Shown here piece after piece: positions 28,774-40,400 of a stretch of DNA of 64,000 nt. Under the pieces are notes generated by a model. That model did not search any database. It had not been told where the DNA came from and worked only from the letters and a program-made list of their open reading frames with translations. Every line of letters begins with the position of its first letter. Position 1 is the first letter of the stretch. The translations under genes and the position numbers were made by a program. The DNA lies in NCBI GenBank assembly GCA_963822965.1, contig CAWGJT010000012.1, forward strand, positions 448,001-512,000, given 5' to 3'. The stretch is from an uncultured delta proteobacterium (GTDB lineage: Bacteria > Myxococcota_A > UBA9160 > UBA4427).

Positions 28774-31700
28774 CCTCGTCCGGCGCCTGCACCATGCTGC
28801 GAGCGCCGATGGAGGCCCGCAGCAGGTGCGCCTCGAACTGCGCGCACATGTTCTCGACCGACAGCCCGCGTACGCTGGCGTGCCCGCGCCGGGCGACGTC
28901 GCGCCGGGCCGCGCCGTCGCTCACGAGCCCGACCAGCGCCTCGCTCACCGCCTCGGGGAGGTTCTTCACCAGGACGGCGGTGCCCGTGTCTTCGAGCAGG
29001 GCGCGGACACCCGGCTGGTCGAGCTCCACCGCCACACAGCCCGAGGCCATGGCTTCGAACATCACCGTGGAGGCGTTGGTCTCCGAGAACGAGAGATGCA
29101 CGTCGGCGTCCCGCATGGCGGCGGCGAGGGCCGCGGGGCCGAGGACGCCCAGGTTCTGGTACGGGAAGGGAAGGTCCCGCTCCCGCTCCATGCCGTAGAG
29201 CCGGATCACCACGCCGGGACATCGCTCGTGCAGCCGTTCCAGCGCCGCCACACCGAGATCGAAGCAGCGCCGCGGAATCTCGGGACGCGCGAAGAAGAGG
29301 ACGCTGCACGCGCCGGCGCCCTCGTCCGCCGCCACTTCCGCGAGCTTTCGTTCCACGGCCTCGGGATCGGCGAAGAACTCGTCCGCCAGCGCGAAATCCA
29401 CGTGCTCGTAGGCGATGCCGTTGCGCTCGCCCAGCCGGTCGGCGAGGTAGCGCCCGATGGAGACGATGCGCAGGGGCAGGTCGTAGGTGGCCTCCGCGGC
29501 CTGGTGGAGCCCGTCCGTCTCCTCGTAGAAGTCGGGCTCCCAGTCCTGCACGAAATAGGCCTTGAGGGCCGTGTTCTCGAGGCCGTCGACCACGTGGGCG
29601 GTCGGCCAGTTGGTGGCCACGGCGACGTCCGAGGTGCGGATGGCGTCGTGGCCCACCCGGATGCGGGCCGCGCTGCGCCCGAAGTGCTCGTGGCAGTAGC
29701 GCTCGATCTCGACGTCCGTGAGGCCTTCCAGGTGGGCGATCGGCTCGACGTACACGTCCACCTCGTGACCGTGGTCCGCCAGGTGATTCGCGATCTGGAA
29801 GATCTTCTTGTAGCCGCCGCCAGTCTGCCCGATGGGCGCGCGCAGGATCCAGGCCACCCGGAGCCGGCGCTCGTGACGGGCGGCGTGACCCACGAGGTCG
29901 GCCCAGGCGGCGCTCTGGCGGGCCGCCGCGGCGCGGGTGGCGTAGCGCGCGAGTACGTCGCGCCGGGCGCGACGTCCGATTCGCTCACGCAGCCCGCGGT
30001 CCTCCACCAACGACCGCAGGCTCGCGTACCACTCCGGCTCCGAGGCGCACAGGAAGCCGGTCTCGCCGTGCTCGATGGCCACCTCGAAGGCGCCCACCCG
30101 GGAGGCCACCGTGGGCACCCCCAGGAGACCCGCCTCGAGGTACTTGAGCTCGCTCTTCGCGGCGGTGAAGCGATTGTCCGACTCCAGGGGGGCGAGGTTC
30201 ACGTCCATCTCGCGGTACAGGGCCGGCAGCCGACGCCATTCCATGAAGGGGTGTCGCTCGATCCGGTGCGCGAAGCGTTCCAGCTCGGCGGGCACGTCGA
30301 TGTGCCCCACGAGCACCAGGCGCGCATGCCGATGCTCGTCGAGGATGCGCGCGAGAGCCGGCACGCACTCGGCGAAGTCGCGCCGGTGGGTGCGGGTGCC
30401 GCTGAAGTAGGCGAGGCGCACGAGTCGGTCCGGGGGTGGCTCCTGCAGGAGGGCCTCGTCGGCGCCTCGGCGCATGGCCTCGCTCACGCGGTTGCGCAGC
30501 AGGGCCACGGATTTCTCCGGGAAGATGTCCTCCACCGCCTCCGCGAGAGCGTTCGTGCTGACGGCGACGCGCTCGCACAGCGCCAGCGCACGCCGATAGC
30601 GCTTCACGCCGTCGATGAAGAGCGCGCGCTCGTCCTCGTCCATGTGCACGACGGCGTCGATCTGGTCGATGCCGTCGGGGTCGAAGACCAGATCGTCCGT
30701 GTCGAAGACCACGGCCACGCCGGAGCGGCGCGCGTGCGCCACGAACTTCTCGAAGTCGGGCGTGTGGGGCACCCGGTGGGCCACGACCACTTGGTAGTCG
30801 TGCAGCAGCCAGTCCCAGGGGAAGGTGTCCGGCGGATACACGTCCGCCGTGTAGCCGGCGAAGCGCAGGATCTCGGCGGCGTGCTCGCAGCGGTAGCGAT
30901 AGGCGTCGCCCGGGCAGCCGCTCACGAAGGCGAAGCTCTTGTGCCGCTCGAAGCCGGCGGGCGGGTTGAAGACGAGCGCGAGCGCGTGGTCCGCCAGCGC
31001 CTGCCCCGCCTCCGACAGGATGCGCCCCGGGTAGTAGGCCGGCGCGCAGGCGACGGTCACGGTCTCGTCGGGCCGGCCGTCGAGGGACTCGATCTCGCAG
31101 ACGAGCCGCCTCCGATCTGCGCGCCACAGAGGCGCCGGCAGCTGGATGCGCGCCATCCGGCCGTCCTCGATCCGGTCGCCTTCGAGCACCTCCTCGTGCA
31201 GCAGGCGCCCCGGCAGCAGCCGGCCCGCGCGCTCTTCGAGCAGACGCACCCGCACGCGCGTCTCGTTGAGCTTGCGGTACGTGAAGAAGTAGATCCCGAG
31301 GGCCGTGAGCTCGGGGACGGAGACCCGGAACCCCTGGCGGAACGGCTCGCCCGGAAGCAGCTCGCTCCCCGGCCGGAGCCGGGCGGTGTCCAGCTGCGGG
31401 GCCGGCAGCGGTCCGCCGCCTCGAAGCTGCTTCGCCCAACGCAACGGCCGGGTGAGCCGCCAGGAGCGCGACCCGTACAGCTGGTCGAGGGTCTGATGGT
31501 GGATGGCGAGCTCTGCGCGGACCCCGGACAGCTCGTGGGCGAGGATGCGGTTGCTCTCCGCCTGCTGGGCGAGATCCCGCTCGCGGTCCCGCAGTGCGTC
31601 CGTCCGGCGCCGCAGATCGCCGCGCAGGGCTTCGAGATCTTGCTCGAGCCCGGCCGCCTCGGTATCCCGCTGGGCCAGCTCGTCCTTCCGCCGCCGCAGC

Positions 31701-33041
31701 GCCTCGTCGGCGACGCGAACCTGCTGCGCCTGCCGCTGGGAGGACTCGCGCAGGGCCGCCACCTCGTCCTCCAGCCCGCGCAGGCGATCGGCCCGGGAGG
31801 CGACCTCGTGCTGCTGACGCGACAGCTCGGCCTGCAGCACGGCCCGCTCGGAAGATGCGTCGTCCAGCGCCGCTCGCGCGCCGGCGAGCTCCCGTTCCAG
31901 GGCTGCGTTCCGGGCCGCGAGGACCTGGGCCTCGGCGGCCTGCCTCCCCAGCTCGATGTGTGCGTCCCGATGCTCGGCCCGTAGGCGCGAGGCCTCCGCG
32001 TCCCGATCCGCCTGGCTCGCGCGCGCGGCGGCGACCTCCCGGGCGACGACCTCGAGCTCCTCCCGCAGCTCGCGGGACTGCGCCCCGGCGGTCTCGAGCT
32101 CCTCCCGCAAGCGGACGAGCTCGACATCGCGTCCGGCCAGCGCAGCGCGGCCCGCCTCCTCTTCCGCCTCGAGCTCGGCCAGCTCCTGCTCGCCGGCGGC
32201 GATCTCCGGCGCGAACAGGCTGTCGGCCTCGTGCAGCAGGGCCGCGAGTCGCGCGAGCTTGCGCGAGAGGTCGGGGCCCGGATCCCGGACCGCCTTCCAC
32301 GCCCGCCGGACCCAGGCGGGCACCACCCGGTCCCGAGACGCGTCGCCGGTCTCCACATGGTGTCGGAGACCCTCGCGGATGAAGGCGTCGATGCGGCCCG
32401 CGGCCGCCTCGGACCCGTCCGGCCAGCGCACGTCCAGGGCGGTCGCCACGCGCTCGACGGTGCTCCGCCAGTCGGCCATCAGGTCGTCGTAGGCGACCAC
32501 GGCGTGTGCGATGGGCTGCCGCCACCTGCAGGGCCGCCAGGGTGTGGCGCAGCCAGAGAAGGTGCGCGCGCGAGGGACGGATCTCCTCCCGGACCCAGAG
32601 CGAGAGCGCCACCTCGCGCGGATCGCGCAGCGCCACCACGAAGGACGGCTCGCGACCGCGCTCCGCCAGGATCTCGACCCACAGCGGCGCCAGCAGCGAG
32701 AGCCGCGGGTCCTTCACCAGCCACAGGGCCTCGCCCGCGAACTGCTCCTCGATCCGGTTCGCCAGGGCCACACGGGTGCTCTGGATGGCCGGCGCCCGGG
32801 TCCAGCCGTCCGGCAGGGGACGGATCCCGTCCCAGGTCGTTCCCAGGCCGTGCAGCACCTCGTCGTGCAGGCGCACGACCTCCGCGTCCTCCCAGAATCC
32901 GGTGGGATTGTCGGCCTGGGGCGGCAGCAGGCCCTCCCCCACGGCCACCCCCAGCAGATTCAACGTGCGCGCGATCGCCGAGGTGCCGCTGCGATGCATG
33001 CCGAGCACCAGGATCGGTCGTGATTCGGCGGGGAGACTCAT
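28745..33041 (-). CDS. Multidomain protein: sulfotransferase-family P-loop domain, long coiled coil, two GT-B glycosyltransferase modules (one apparent +1 frameshift near 32505)
   Basis: VLGMHRSGTS, DNPTGFWED, KDPRLS, LRDPREVALS; E/R/A/L heptads ~32200-31475; SRSWRLTRPLR; YRYRCEH, FDTDDLVF, KSELKYLEA; GGGYKKIF, VATNWPTA, YFVQDWEP, FFARP, FEAMASG. Confidence 0.88.
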
Positions 33042-33529
33042 CTGCGGGTTGTGGACTTCCGCCTGCGAGAAATGGGGGTGCACATGCTACCACCGCGAGC
33101 CCCCGTGGCAGATCGACGCACCCCCGCTGCCCATACTACCCGCGGGAAGTCCCGAGCGGCCCCGGTCAGCCGAGACCAGGCCGGGCGTCACCGAAAAGCC
33201 CCGCCGTTCCGAGGCGTTCAGCAGTCTGCTGTCCAGCTTTCCCAGGTGCATCTCTAGCTTGTCCGGAAACCGCGCAGGAAGTACAGTGCAGCTACCGTGG
33301 ACCGAGCGGGTCCGGCGGGATCTGGGGGCTTCGAGCACGCGCAACGCCGGCGCCTGGGGTCTGGGACCGCGAAGGTCGGTCCTGGAATCCGGAACGTCGG
33401 AGCGAGTGAAGCGCGTTCGGTGAAGGCGCAGAAGAGCGGAGCAAGGATACTGAAGGAAGCGGAAGCATGGGGGAGTCGCCGCGCGGCGCTCTCCACCGCA
33501 TCTCTGGGTACGGGGGCGAGGAGATCAAA

Positions 33530-34483
33530 GTGAAGTCGAGAAGCATTCTGTCTGGCGGCGCCGCAGTCGCGTTTCTGTTCTTCATCGCGTCCGCTGCGAA
33601 CGCGGGCGTCGCGCCCGGCATCGCGGTCTTCGCCGACTTCGACGGCGACGGCATCACGGACGTCGGCGTCTACAACACGGGAAACGGCGACTGGTTCATA
33701 CAGGAATCGACCGCCGGCTTCGTCGTGGTTCCGAGCTTCGGGGGCGCGAACTTCACGCCGGTACCCGCGGACTACGACGGCGACGGATCGGCCGACGTGA
33801 GCGTCTACGACGTGACCAACGGCGACTGGTTCATGCAGCAGACGACGAATGGCTTCACGGTGCTCCCCTCCTTCGGCGGCGGCGTCTTCTCGCCCGTGCC
33901 CGGCGACTACGACGGCGACGGCACCGACGATCCCAGCGTCTACAGCCAGACCACCGGCGACTGGTTCATGCAGCAGAGCACCAACGGCTTCACGACCCTG
34001 CCGACCTTCGGCGGCGCGGGCTTCACGCCCGTTCCGGCGGACTACGACGGCGACGGAGCGACGGACCAGGGCGTCCACCAGCCTTCGACGGGCAACTGGT
34101 ACCTCAACGAGTCCACCGACGGATTCGTCGAGGATCTGGCCTTCGGATCGGGCGGTAGCTTCCTCCCGGTTCCCGCCGACTACGATGGCGACGGCGCAGC
34201 CGACATCTCCGTCTACAGCACGACGAACGGGGACTGGTTCCAGAAGCAGACCACGAACGGCCTCGTCGCAGTGCCCCTCTTCGGCGGTCCGAACTTCTTC
34301 CCGGTTCCGGGCTTCTACGACGCGGATGCGCCGGCCGACACGGCGGTCTACGACACGACCAAGGGCGACTGGTTCCTGAACAAGAGCACGGATCCGTTCA
34401 CGGCGATCCCGGGGTTCGGCGGTCCGAGCTTCATTCCGGCGCAGCCGTTGACCAACGAGGTGGGAGGCGGCGGCGGCGCCTGA
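33530..34483 (+). CDS. Secreted FG-GAP/VCBS-type repeat protein (six ~42-aa repeats, probable beta-propeller)
   Basis: Signal peptide ending ANA; repeats PxDYDGDGxxDxxVYxxxxGDWF; GAGGAG RBS before GTG. Confidence 0.9.
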   Translation: MKSRSILSGGAAVAFLFFIASAANAGVAPGIAVFADFDGDGITDVGVYNTGNGDWFIQESTAGFVVVPSFGGANFTPVPADYDGDGSADVSVYDVTNGDWFMQQTTNGFTVLPSFGGGVFSPVPGDYDGDGTDDPSVYSQTTGDWFMQQSTNGFTTLPTFGGAGFTPVPADYDGDGATDQGVHQPSTGNWYLNESTDGFVEDLAFGSGGSFLPVPADYDGDGAADISVYSTTNGDWFQKQTTNGLVAVPLFGGPNFFPVPGFYDADAPADTAVYDTTKGDWFLNKSTDPFTAIPGFGGPSFIPAQPLTNEVGGGGGA

Positions 34484-34503
34484 GCCGCGGTCACGAGGTG
34501 AAG

Positions 34504-34545
34504 AGAGCCCGCCGCTCCTCCGGGAGCCGGCGGGCTCTTCCTTTT
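34504..34545 (+). terminator. Intrinsic terminator
   Basis: GAGCCCGCCG...CGGCGGGCTC stem followed by TTCCTTTT. Confidence 0.75.
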
Positions 34546-34623
34546 CCAGCCTTCGCTCTCCCTTCCCAGCCCCCGCCAAATCGTCTGCATCTTCCGGATG
34601 GACCCTGGCTCCCCTGAGACGCC

Positions 34624-36246
34624 GTGACCTCTGACGCCCGAGCACGACACCGGGTGCTTCGCGTGCCGCAGGAATGGCCCCTGCTGCTGGCGGCCGCGGG
34701 CGTCGTGCTGGCCTTCCACGGGCTCATCGGCTTCGACCCCTACCAGGCCGTGCCGACGGATCTCCGCGGGATCGAAGGCGCCCTCTTCGACCCGGTGCCT
34801 TCGGCCCCCGGATTCGTCTTCATCGTCTTCCTGTGGAAGATCGTGGAGCAGCACCACGAGATCCGGCGCGCCCTGCGCGGGCCGGGATCGGCCTGGGGAG
34901 CGCTGCCGCTCGGGCTCTCGGCGATCGTGTATGGGTGGTCCTGCTACACGGGAGCCGACGAGCTGCTGCTGCCGTCGCTGTCGCTCTTCCTGCTGGGCGG
35001 CGGCCTGGCGGTGGGCGGGCGACGCGGCGCGGGGGCGCTCGTCGCACCCGCCGTCATCCTGCTCTTCGCGCTGCCCATTCCGGCCAGCCTGCTGAATCGG
35101 GTGATGTGGCATCTGCAGCTCTGGACGGCCGGCCTGGCCGCCACCGTCGCCGATCTGTGGAGCGACGCCTTCCGCAGCGGCGACCTGATCTTCCACGACC
35201 GGCAGATCTTCCAGGTGATCGAGTCCTGCGCGGGTCTCGCCACCATGTCGACCCTCACGCTCACGAGCTTCATCATCCCGGCCGGGAAGCGGCGCAGTCG
35301 ACTTCACGCCTTCCTGCTGGTCGCGTCCGCGCCCCTGGTCTCCTTCGGGATCAACACCCTCCGGGTCCTCACGATCATGGCGAACCCACTCTCCTACATC
35401 GGAAGCGTGCACACCGCACAGGGAATCCTGATGCTCGTGGTCGGAATCCTCGCGCTCGTCGGGATCGACCGGCTGCTGGGAAGGCTGTTCAGCTCGCCCG
35501 CACCGCAGCCTGCCGCGCCCGCCGCGATGCGACCGACGCCATTCGTCGCCCTCACCGGGCTGGCGTGCGTGTTCGCCCTCGCGAGCCTGCTCCTGCCGCG
35601 CTACCAGCCGGATCCGATCCGCTATCAGCGCTTCCTGAAGCTGCGAACGCTGCCCTCGCACCACGGCGTCGCGCAGCCCGTGGACGACGACTTCCTGGGT
35701 ACGGTGGCCTTCACCCAGTCGGCCACCACCCGCTACGAGGTGGACGGCGAGCCCGTCGACGTCTTCGTCGGCGTCAACAACCGCACCATCCGACACAACA
35801 GCGCCCTGTCCCCGAAGACCCAGCTGCCCGGCGCGGGCTGGGTGGCGATCCGGCGCGAGCCGATCCACCAGCCGGATACGGGGCGCGAGATGACCGAGCT
35901 GGTGGTGCGTCCGCCGCCGCAGCTCCCGGCCGAGGAGCGATCGCAGGAGCTGATACACCACTACGTGCTGGGCGGCGCGCCGATCGCGACGGAGACCGTC
36001 CGCGCCCTGCTCGCATTGGACGCGAGCCCCTTCCGACGCACCGACCGCCAGGTCGTCGTCCGCCTGACGACGCCGGTGGGCAAATCCCGGGCGAGTCGCG
36101 AGGAGGCGAGACGGCGCCTCTTCGAGGTGGAGGGCTGGCTCGAGCCCAACCTCGAGCGTGAGCGCAGCTGGCCCACACGGCCGAGAGCGCTCCCGCCGGA
36201 GGCGCGAGTCGCTCCCGCGCCGGCCAGCAGAGCCCCTACCCGGTGA
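34624..36246 (+). CDS. Exosortase fused to a C-terminal EpsI-like domain
   Basis: Multiple TM helices, LLFALPIP, catalytic-triad motifs ESCAGL, NTLRV and VHTAQG; soluble C-terminal domain with SPKTQLPGAGW and VVRLTTP. Confidence 0.85.
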   Translation: MTSDARARHRVLRVPQEWPLLLAAAGVVLAFHGLIGFDPYQAVPTDLRGIEGALFDPVPSAPGFVFIVFLWKIVEQHHEIRRALRGPGSAWGALPLGLSAIVYGWSCYTGADELLLPSLSLFLLGGGLAVGGRRGAGALVAPAVILLFALPIPASLLNRVMWHLQLWTAGLAATVADLWSDAFRSGDLIFHDRQIFQVIESCAGLATMSTLTLTSFIIPAGKRRSRLHAFLLVASAPLVSFGINTLRVLTIMANPLSYIGSVHTAQGILMLVVGILALVGIDRLLGRLFSSPAPQPAAPAAMRPTPFVALTGLACVFALASLLLPRYQPDPIRYQRFLKLRTLPSHHGVAQPVDDDFLGTVAFTQSATTRYEVDGEPVDVFVGVNNRTIRHNSALSPKTQLPGAGWVAIRREPIHQPDTGREMTELVVRPPPQLPAEERSQELIHHYVLGGAPIATETVRALLALDASPFRRTDRQVVVRLTTPVGKSRASREEARRRLFEVEGWLEPNLERERSWPTRPRALPPEARVAPAPASRAPTR

Positions 36247-37306
36247 ACGTGGCCGCGGAGCCCCCCGACCCGGCCTCGCCTTCGATCTGGACGCGGTCGC
36301 GCTCCTGCGTCGACTGCCGGGCGATCCCGCGCAGCCGCGCGAGAGCCCCGAGGTCGGGATCCACCGCGGGCCGCTCCGCCAGCATGTGGAAGTAGTCCGA
36401 CACCGCCGGCGTGTCGGCGACGCGCTTGACCTCCTCGTCGCCCACCAGCGACACCTCCAGCGCTGCGCGATGGGCCTCGAGATCGACCCCGCGCGCCTCG
36501 AGGTCGGGCCGCTCTCCGCGCTGCACCGCGAAGAGGCGGGTCACACGAAATCCGATCGCGGAGAGCATCGCGGCGAGAACCGCAGGCGAGAAGAGGAACC
36601 AGTGCCCCCAGTGGGCGTTCATGCCGAGGGCTCGGGTGGACAGACCGTGGCTGTTCGGGACGGCGATGAACAAGCCGCCCTCCGGTCGCAACAGGCGGAA
36701 GGTGTCGATCAGCGTTCCCATCGGATCGAAGGTGTGCTCGAGAGAGTTGTCCATCAACACGAGGTCGTAGTGACCATCGGGGTCACCGAGGTCGGCGATG
36801 AGACCGTTCGTGACATCGACGCCGTACCGCTGCTTCGCGACGCGAACGGAGTGGCGATCCGGATCGACCCCGTGGATCTCCCACTCCTTCTCCGCGCGCA
36901 GCCAGTGGAGCGAGACCCCGGGTCCGCAGCTCACGTCCAGAACGCGGTTGGTCTTGCGGTACGACTCCAGATCGTACGCCTCGTAGACGTTCCGGATGGT
37001 CTCCAGCTTGTCGCGTTCGTAGAAGTCCCAGTCGTGATCGGCCCACGCCGGCAGGTTGCGCTCCCCGTCGAAGCGATTCCGGTCGATGTCGGCAAAGCTG
37101 GGCAGCGGGTTGATTCCTACCAGGCCACACCCGACGCACTCGAGGTACTGGAGGTCGAGCACGTCACCCACCCGGGGATCGCTGAGCTCGCTGTCGCCGT
37201 AGATCCGGTCGGGAAAGCGTCGGTCGATCCGATGGAAGACCCGGAATCGAGAGCCACCGCAGAAGTTGCAGGACCGATAGAAGATGCGCTTGCCCGGTCC
37301 GCCCAT
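36236..37306 (-). CDS. Class I SAM-dependent methyltransferase with N-terminal CxxC pairs
   Basis: CNFCG, CVGCG, VLDVSCGPG, SLEHTFDP, LRPEGGLFIAVPN. Confidence 0.85.
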   Translation of the reverse strand: MGGPGKRIFYRSCNFCGGSRFRVFHRIDRRFPDRIYGDSELSDPRVGDVLDLQYLECVGCGLVGINPLPSFADIDRNRFDGERNLPAWADHDWDFYERDKLETIRNVYEAYDLESYRKTNRVLDVSCGPGVSLHWLRAEKEWEIHGVDPDRHSVRVAKQRYGVDVTNGLIADLGDPDGHYDLVLMDNSLEHTFDPMGTLIDTFRLLRPEGGLFIAVPNSHGLSTRALGMNAHWGHWFLFSPAVLAAMLSAIGFRVTRLFAVQRGERPDLEARGVDLEAHRAALEVSLVGDEEVKRVADTPAVSDYFHMLAERPAVDPDLGALARLRGIARQSTQERDRVQIEGEAGSGGSAATFTG

Positions 37307-37406
37307 AGCCGCCGCAGCTTACAGCGGGCCCGCACGGGCGTCCACGAGCCCCCCATCCCCTTAACCATGGGCCCAGCCGAGCGATCTCAAACGGGCTCGG
37401 ACCCGC

Positions 37407-40400
37407 TCAGTCGGTCTCTGCCTCGCACCACAGCAGCGCACCGTTCCGGCGACAGCCGAGCGAGATCTGGCTCCCGCCAGCCCAGAGGCCGTCCACGTGA
37501 ACCTCTGCGAGCTCGCTCGGCCAGCTCTGTGATGCGTTCGCCGGCAGAGAAATCGCTACCGGCCCCGCCCCCCCCTCGATCGGCACGTCGGAGCCGTAGA
37601 CTGCGATCGTTCCGTCAGGGTCGACATCGAGCCCTAGGACACCTTCCACGAAGGCGAAGACATACGCGCCGTTCTCGGGCAGGTAGTGCTGCAGATTCTG
37701 ATAGTAGTCGCACTGCTCCTCATCGAGCTTGTCTCTTGGCGCAAGGACACGATCATCCGGGTCGGGAGGCGAAATGAAGTCCTGGTAGCCTCTTCGGGCC
37801 TCGCACATGGCCTTGACGTCAGGGTCGATGACCGAAGTCTGTAAGTACTCTGGATGGCTCGCATCCAGGGGGCCGCTAAGCATGTCGACCTCCAATTCGG
37901 GGAGTGCCCAAACGTGCTCCTCCTCGAGCTGGTCGCGAACTCGCGCGAGGTGAGCGGTCAGCCCCTTCCAATCGGAGTAGATTCCGGCGTAGATTCCTGC
38001 CTCCATGATGAGGGCCGTCGTGCCCAGCAGTGCGCCACCATTCTCCTCGTTCAATCCGAAGTTCCCATAGCCGTCCTTGCCCACCGGGAAGAGATGCCAA
38101 TCGCCGCATTGGAGCGTCGGCACCGCCAGCCCGTTTCCGTCGATGGAGTCCCACGTCCGTTGCGGTTGCCAGTATTCGGGCCCTGCATCCTCGATGGCAG
38201 TGACGTTCGTCTGGAACACGCCATCCGTCGTTCTCGCATCATCCCGCATGTCACCAAGCGCCGCGCGGATTGCGTCGCCTTGCGGGCCCCTTACGAACCT
38301 GGCAGCAAGAGCCTGGGTGGACATGAGACCGAGGTCGACCGGATGCTGATCCTCGCCTCCGACCTGGTTGGGCGTGAGGGTGCGGTCACAGGTCAGAGAG
38401 GTCTGGGAACTCGAATCACATCCTACCCACGAGTAGACCCGCCCGTCCTGCGGCACGAGGTTTGCAACGATGTCATTCTCAATACTCGCGCGAAGCGCCG
38501 GCGTCACAACGGGCCAGACCACCTGCGCCTCCTGGAGTCGGAGGTAGGCATCCATGGACTCTAAGAAGAGCATGTTCACATACGAATCCTTGTATCCCGA
38601 CAGGATCAGATCGTAGTGCGTCGAAGACATATCCGAGTTCTTACCGCTACCGCTGAAGGACGCATCCGGCACGACGAGAACGCCGTAGTTCTCCGGGTCG
38701 TTGGGATTCGCGGTTGGGTCCTTCATCGCCTGCGTGTACTGCCAGAGCATGGCGGTGAGCAGCTTCCCGGGCAGGTTCACACTGTGTAGGTTCGCTTCGT
38801 CGGGCCACCCCACTGGGAAACGCTCGCCGGTGAACATCCGGGTCTGCGCCTCATAGAGGGAGGACGAGGCCGCACCCGTAAGACTCAACCACGAAGACCC
38901 GATCCAGAATGCGATGTCCTTGCAATCGATCCAGTCAGTGCACCCCAGTGCCGAAAGATCGGGGTCGGGCGGCCCCCCGAGTTCGGGTGGCAAGAGGTCG
39001 TCCTTGCTCGTAACCGCTATGAGCTCGACGTGGTAGCGCCCCGGCTCGAAGGTGGAAGTCGAAGGGGTCACCGCTACCCATCCGTGCTGGTGCACGCTGT
39101 CGATGCAATCCCGTCTCGCGACCTCAACCCCATCCTTGGTAACTCGGATCGTGAATGGCCAACCATCAAGAGCCTCCTCCGCGAGCCGACCGAAGACCGG
39201 AATTCGAATCTCATCGGCGTCCTCGTCGAGATCAAAATACTGACCCAGCGCCTTGCCTTCGGATTCCAGGATTCGGGTGGACTCGACGATCGGCTGGCAG
39301 GTGTAGGGCACGACAGAGTCGATGACGTCGACCGCTGTGCTTTGCGGCGCGCTCGGCCATTCCTTGTATGAATCGGCTCGCATCTCGATGGTGTCTACGT
39401 CGTCATCGCAGATCTGGTCGCCCACGCCCGCCTGGGAAGCCAGCTTGAGTCCACCTCCAGCGCTCGGTTGAAAGCACACGATGCGAGTCGGTCGGGACGC
39501 AAAAAACGACACGTCTCCGCTGTGCCGGAGGTAGTCTGCCGCCATGATCACGTACTCCGCATTGGCCTCCCAGATCGCCCCCTCAGCGTGCCACTTCTTC
39601 TCTTCGGTCGCGAAGACACGGCGCGTATCGTCTTGGGGCATGGTCAGCAGCCAGTTTCGCAGGATCTCGAGATCCCGCTCCCATCCCGAAAACTCGGGAT
39701 CCGCCGGCGACCCCAGGGACGCGAGCTTACGTGCGATCAACGAGCCCTGGAACATCGCGCCCTCATCCCATGTCTTGCGAGCGAATACGCCGTTGTTCGA
39801 CAGCGCATACGACGGATGGTGCCAGTCGCCGTAAAAGGCATCACCCAGGACGGCTCCAGGCAGAACAAAGCCCTGAACCAGTGACTCCGTATCGACGACG
39901 GTGCCATCAGTTTCCACTGTCCAGACGCGTGAAGCGACGGTTGGAGCAGGATAGGGCTGACAGCCCGCCGAATCGACTTCTCCCAGCGCGCAGGTCGCGC
40001 CGGGCCCGGGAACTCCACCGTTCGCAGTCTTGGCGGCCACCAGCAGCTGCACATCGTCCCACTCGACGAGCCCGTCGCCATCAATGTCGGTCGCCCGACC
40101 CGATAGCTCCCAGCTCCCGTCCCAGTGGTCAACGATCCATTGGAAGCAGTCGACCACGGAGTTGGAGAATGCCGGGTTGGTCAGACACATGTCATCGATC
40201 TCGATGGCGGTGTCATTCGAGTCGCATTGAGAATTCTCGTCCTGGTCTACGTCGCAGTCACAGAGATTTCCGTATCCATCGGCTGCATCATCCCGTTGGT
40301 CTGGGTTGTAGGTGGCGCTGCAGTTGTCGACAGGATCCGCGATTCCATCGTTGTCGGAGTCGACGGCAGCGACTGCGGTGGTCGCGAAAACGACTCCCAC

